A program made the position numbers and the translations under genes. The notes beneath the pieces were generated by a model, which was not told where the DNA came from, ran no database searches, and was given only the letters and a program-made list of their open reading frames with translations. A stretch of 64,000 bases of DNA from Balanoglossus misakiensis. Lineage: Eukaryota > Animalia > Hemichordata. Numbering within the stretch: the first letter of the stretch is position 1; every line of letters begins with the position of its first letter. Shown piece after piece: positions 62,293-64,000 of the stretch. The DNA is taken from assembly GCA_040954595.2 (NCBI GenBank), contig CM082598.2, positions 496,001-560,000 of the forward strand, given 5' to 3'.

Positions 62293-64000
62293 AAACACTC
62301 TACAAACAAACAACGCATCTCAACAACTCAACCTCAAAAAACCACCAATTTTCACCACTTTTTAGCATCCCACACCACAACTGTGGGGCAAAATTCTCTT
62401 TCCTACAACACGATGAAGAGCTTTTTTGACATCTGGATGCAAATCGTGAAAATTTTCATGAAAAAAATTAAAGAAATTTTTGGAAAATGCTTCAGAAAAA
62501 AATGACCGAGCGATTCGATGACGTCACCTGAAAGGAAATCTTCACAATTTTCACTTTTTTAAAGAGTTTACCAAAGTTTCGACACCAAGTGTGACATAAA
62601 AATTTTCTTCTCTCGAACCGCGCAATCTATTTATGATGGTTAGAACATACAACGTGATAATTTTGGGTGAAAATTTATGACATTTTTTTAATGCATTGAT
62701 TTCTATGAGCGGATTGGGTCGATGACGTCATTGACATGATCGGAACTGCATGAAGAGATTGTCAGAATTTTTCCTGTTTTTATCAAAATTACTGAATTTA
62801 AGATACACGAAATGGGCTTAAAACTTATTTGCGCATCTCAGACCATCTTGCTGAAGTTGAAATTTGCTAAAAAGTGGTGAGAATAGTTCGAGAAAAACAG
62901 AATTGTTGAATGATGCAATGCATTATTTGAGTTCATGGAATACACACGTGGATGAAACTTGGGACATCCATTATTTTGATGTCGATTTCTCGTTTGAATT
63001 CTAAGAGTAGAATTTAAAGGAATACGGTGCTGATCGAAATATTCATTGGAAAGTTCAATTTCCATGAAAAGATCCCCAATTTCATTGAGTATTTTCAGGT
63101 TTTTCTGTTGAATCGAAATTCCCGCCATGGAATGCTATCAAAATGCCATCAGATTTAGAACTGTCACTATCAGAGATGAATTGTTATCAGTTTGGATTTG
63201 TTCAGAAAAAAACTGTACATTACCTGTATTTGCCATGTTTTCTATCCATGCCTGCATGATGAATAACCCTGAAATTGTTGTAAATTCTCAAGTAAACGAT
63301 GAATTAACGACAAACTCAGACCTTTGCAATACGGCGGACATTTTGATACCGATCACTGTTGTTGTTCACATGTATTTCATGTAAATGAAGTTTGCTTTAA
63401 TTCGCCACTTGGTGGCGGTATGACTATGTTTGTTTTCTTCGGAAAATTCATATACGTCATCATGTACATATCATTTCCTTTAAACTTGTATAATTTTATA
63501 TTAGAGGATAGAATTTAGTGCACTTTGACCACCGAAATGTAAGATTTCTTGCAGGATTTTTTTAAAGTTCATTTGTTCTTGTTTCACCGTCTGACAGCAG
63601 TATCTGTTGTTTTTTTATAATTTCAAAAATTTCATGGATTTCAGTAATACTTCTATTGTTTCTCTGAAATAAACAGGAAGTCCTGTTTATAACTTTTGAA
63701 TCAATGTACTTGTACTCTTCCACATGCACATAAGAAATGTACAAAATAGTTTAATGGGAATTGACTGGTGTCGAGATATATGTTAAGAAATTTTTAGATA
63801 TCAAGATTTGCAAAGTCTGAGGGAAAAGAGTACTGAAATAGAACTCCCATGTATGTATGTAAACATTTTGAGATGAAAAAATACTAAAATAATAAAACAG
63901 AAATAAATTGAGAGTTTTACATGGAAAAGTTTATAGGCTGAATCATTTTCCATCATCATCATCATGTCAGAGGTTGCAATGTCAGACTTCTACGGAGTGT

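Noticed and set aside
62355-63560. Possible Helitron/Helentron-type non-autonomous element (hairpins CCCACA..TGTGGG ~62369 and CGCCAC..GTGGCG ~63403; repeated TCGATGACGTCA)
   Set aside because: No canonical CTRR end or definable boundaries. Probably repetitive, but not classifiable from this window.
1-64000. Prokaryote-type systems (CRISPR arrays, operons, retrons), rRNA and intact tRNA genes
   Set aside because: The sequence is spliceosomal-intron-containing animal DNA. I saw no repeat-spacer array and no tRNA cloverleaf or rRNA signature.

Overview
AT-rich, intron-containing animal genomic DNA. The gene set and protein style suggest an invertebrate deuterostome, possibly a hemichordate; this is inference only. 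I spliced exons by hand using GT/GC-AG sites and checked phase and length. In order, the genes are: a 3'-truncated MPPED metallophosphoesterase (-) head-to-head with thymidine phosphorylase (+); a complete three-exon MyoD/MRF gene (-) whose last two exons lie ~9.5 kb from the bHLH exon; two tandem secreted PLA2 genes; a single-domain F-type lectin lacking the fucose-binding His; a GPI-type Ly6/three-finger gene; a clan-2-like cytochrome P450; a divergent C7orf31/SPMIP4-like gene; two intronless paralogues of an unrecognised 'MPNSGY...GIPPSDLVKWRYF' family; GSKIP; a ~1056-aa protein with two catalytically dead USP domains; and, divergent from it, a Death-SAM-NHL protein. Repeats include a solo LTR nested in a Tc1/mariner-like MITE, a 92-bp foldback element with a 9-bp TSD, a SINE relic and microsatellites. 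The best candidates for something undescribed are the head-to-head double pseudo-DUB / Death-SAM-NHL pair and the SPMIP4-like + MPNSGY duplicate cluster. No database searches could be run, so all family calls come from motif recognition.
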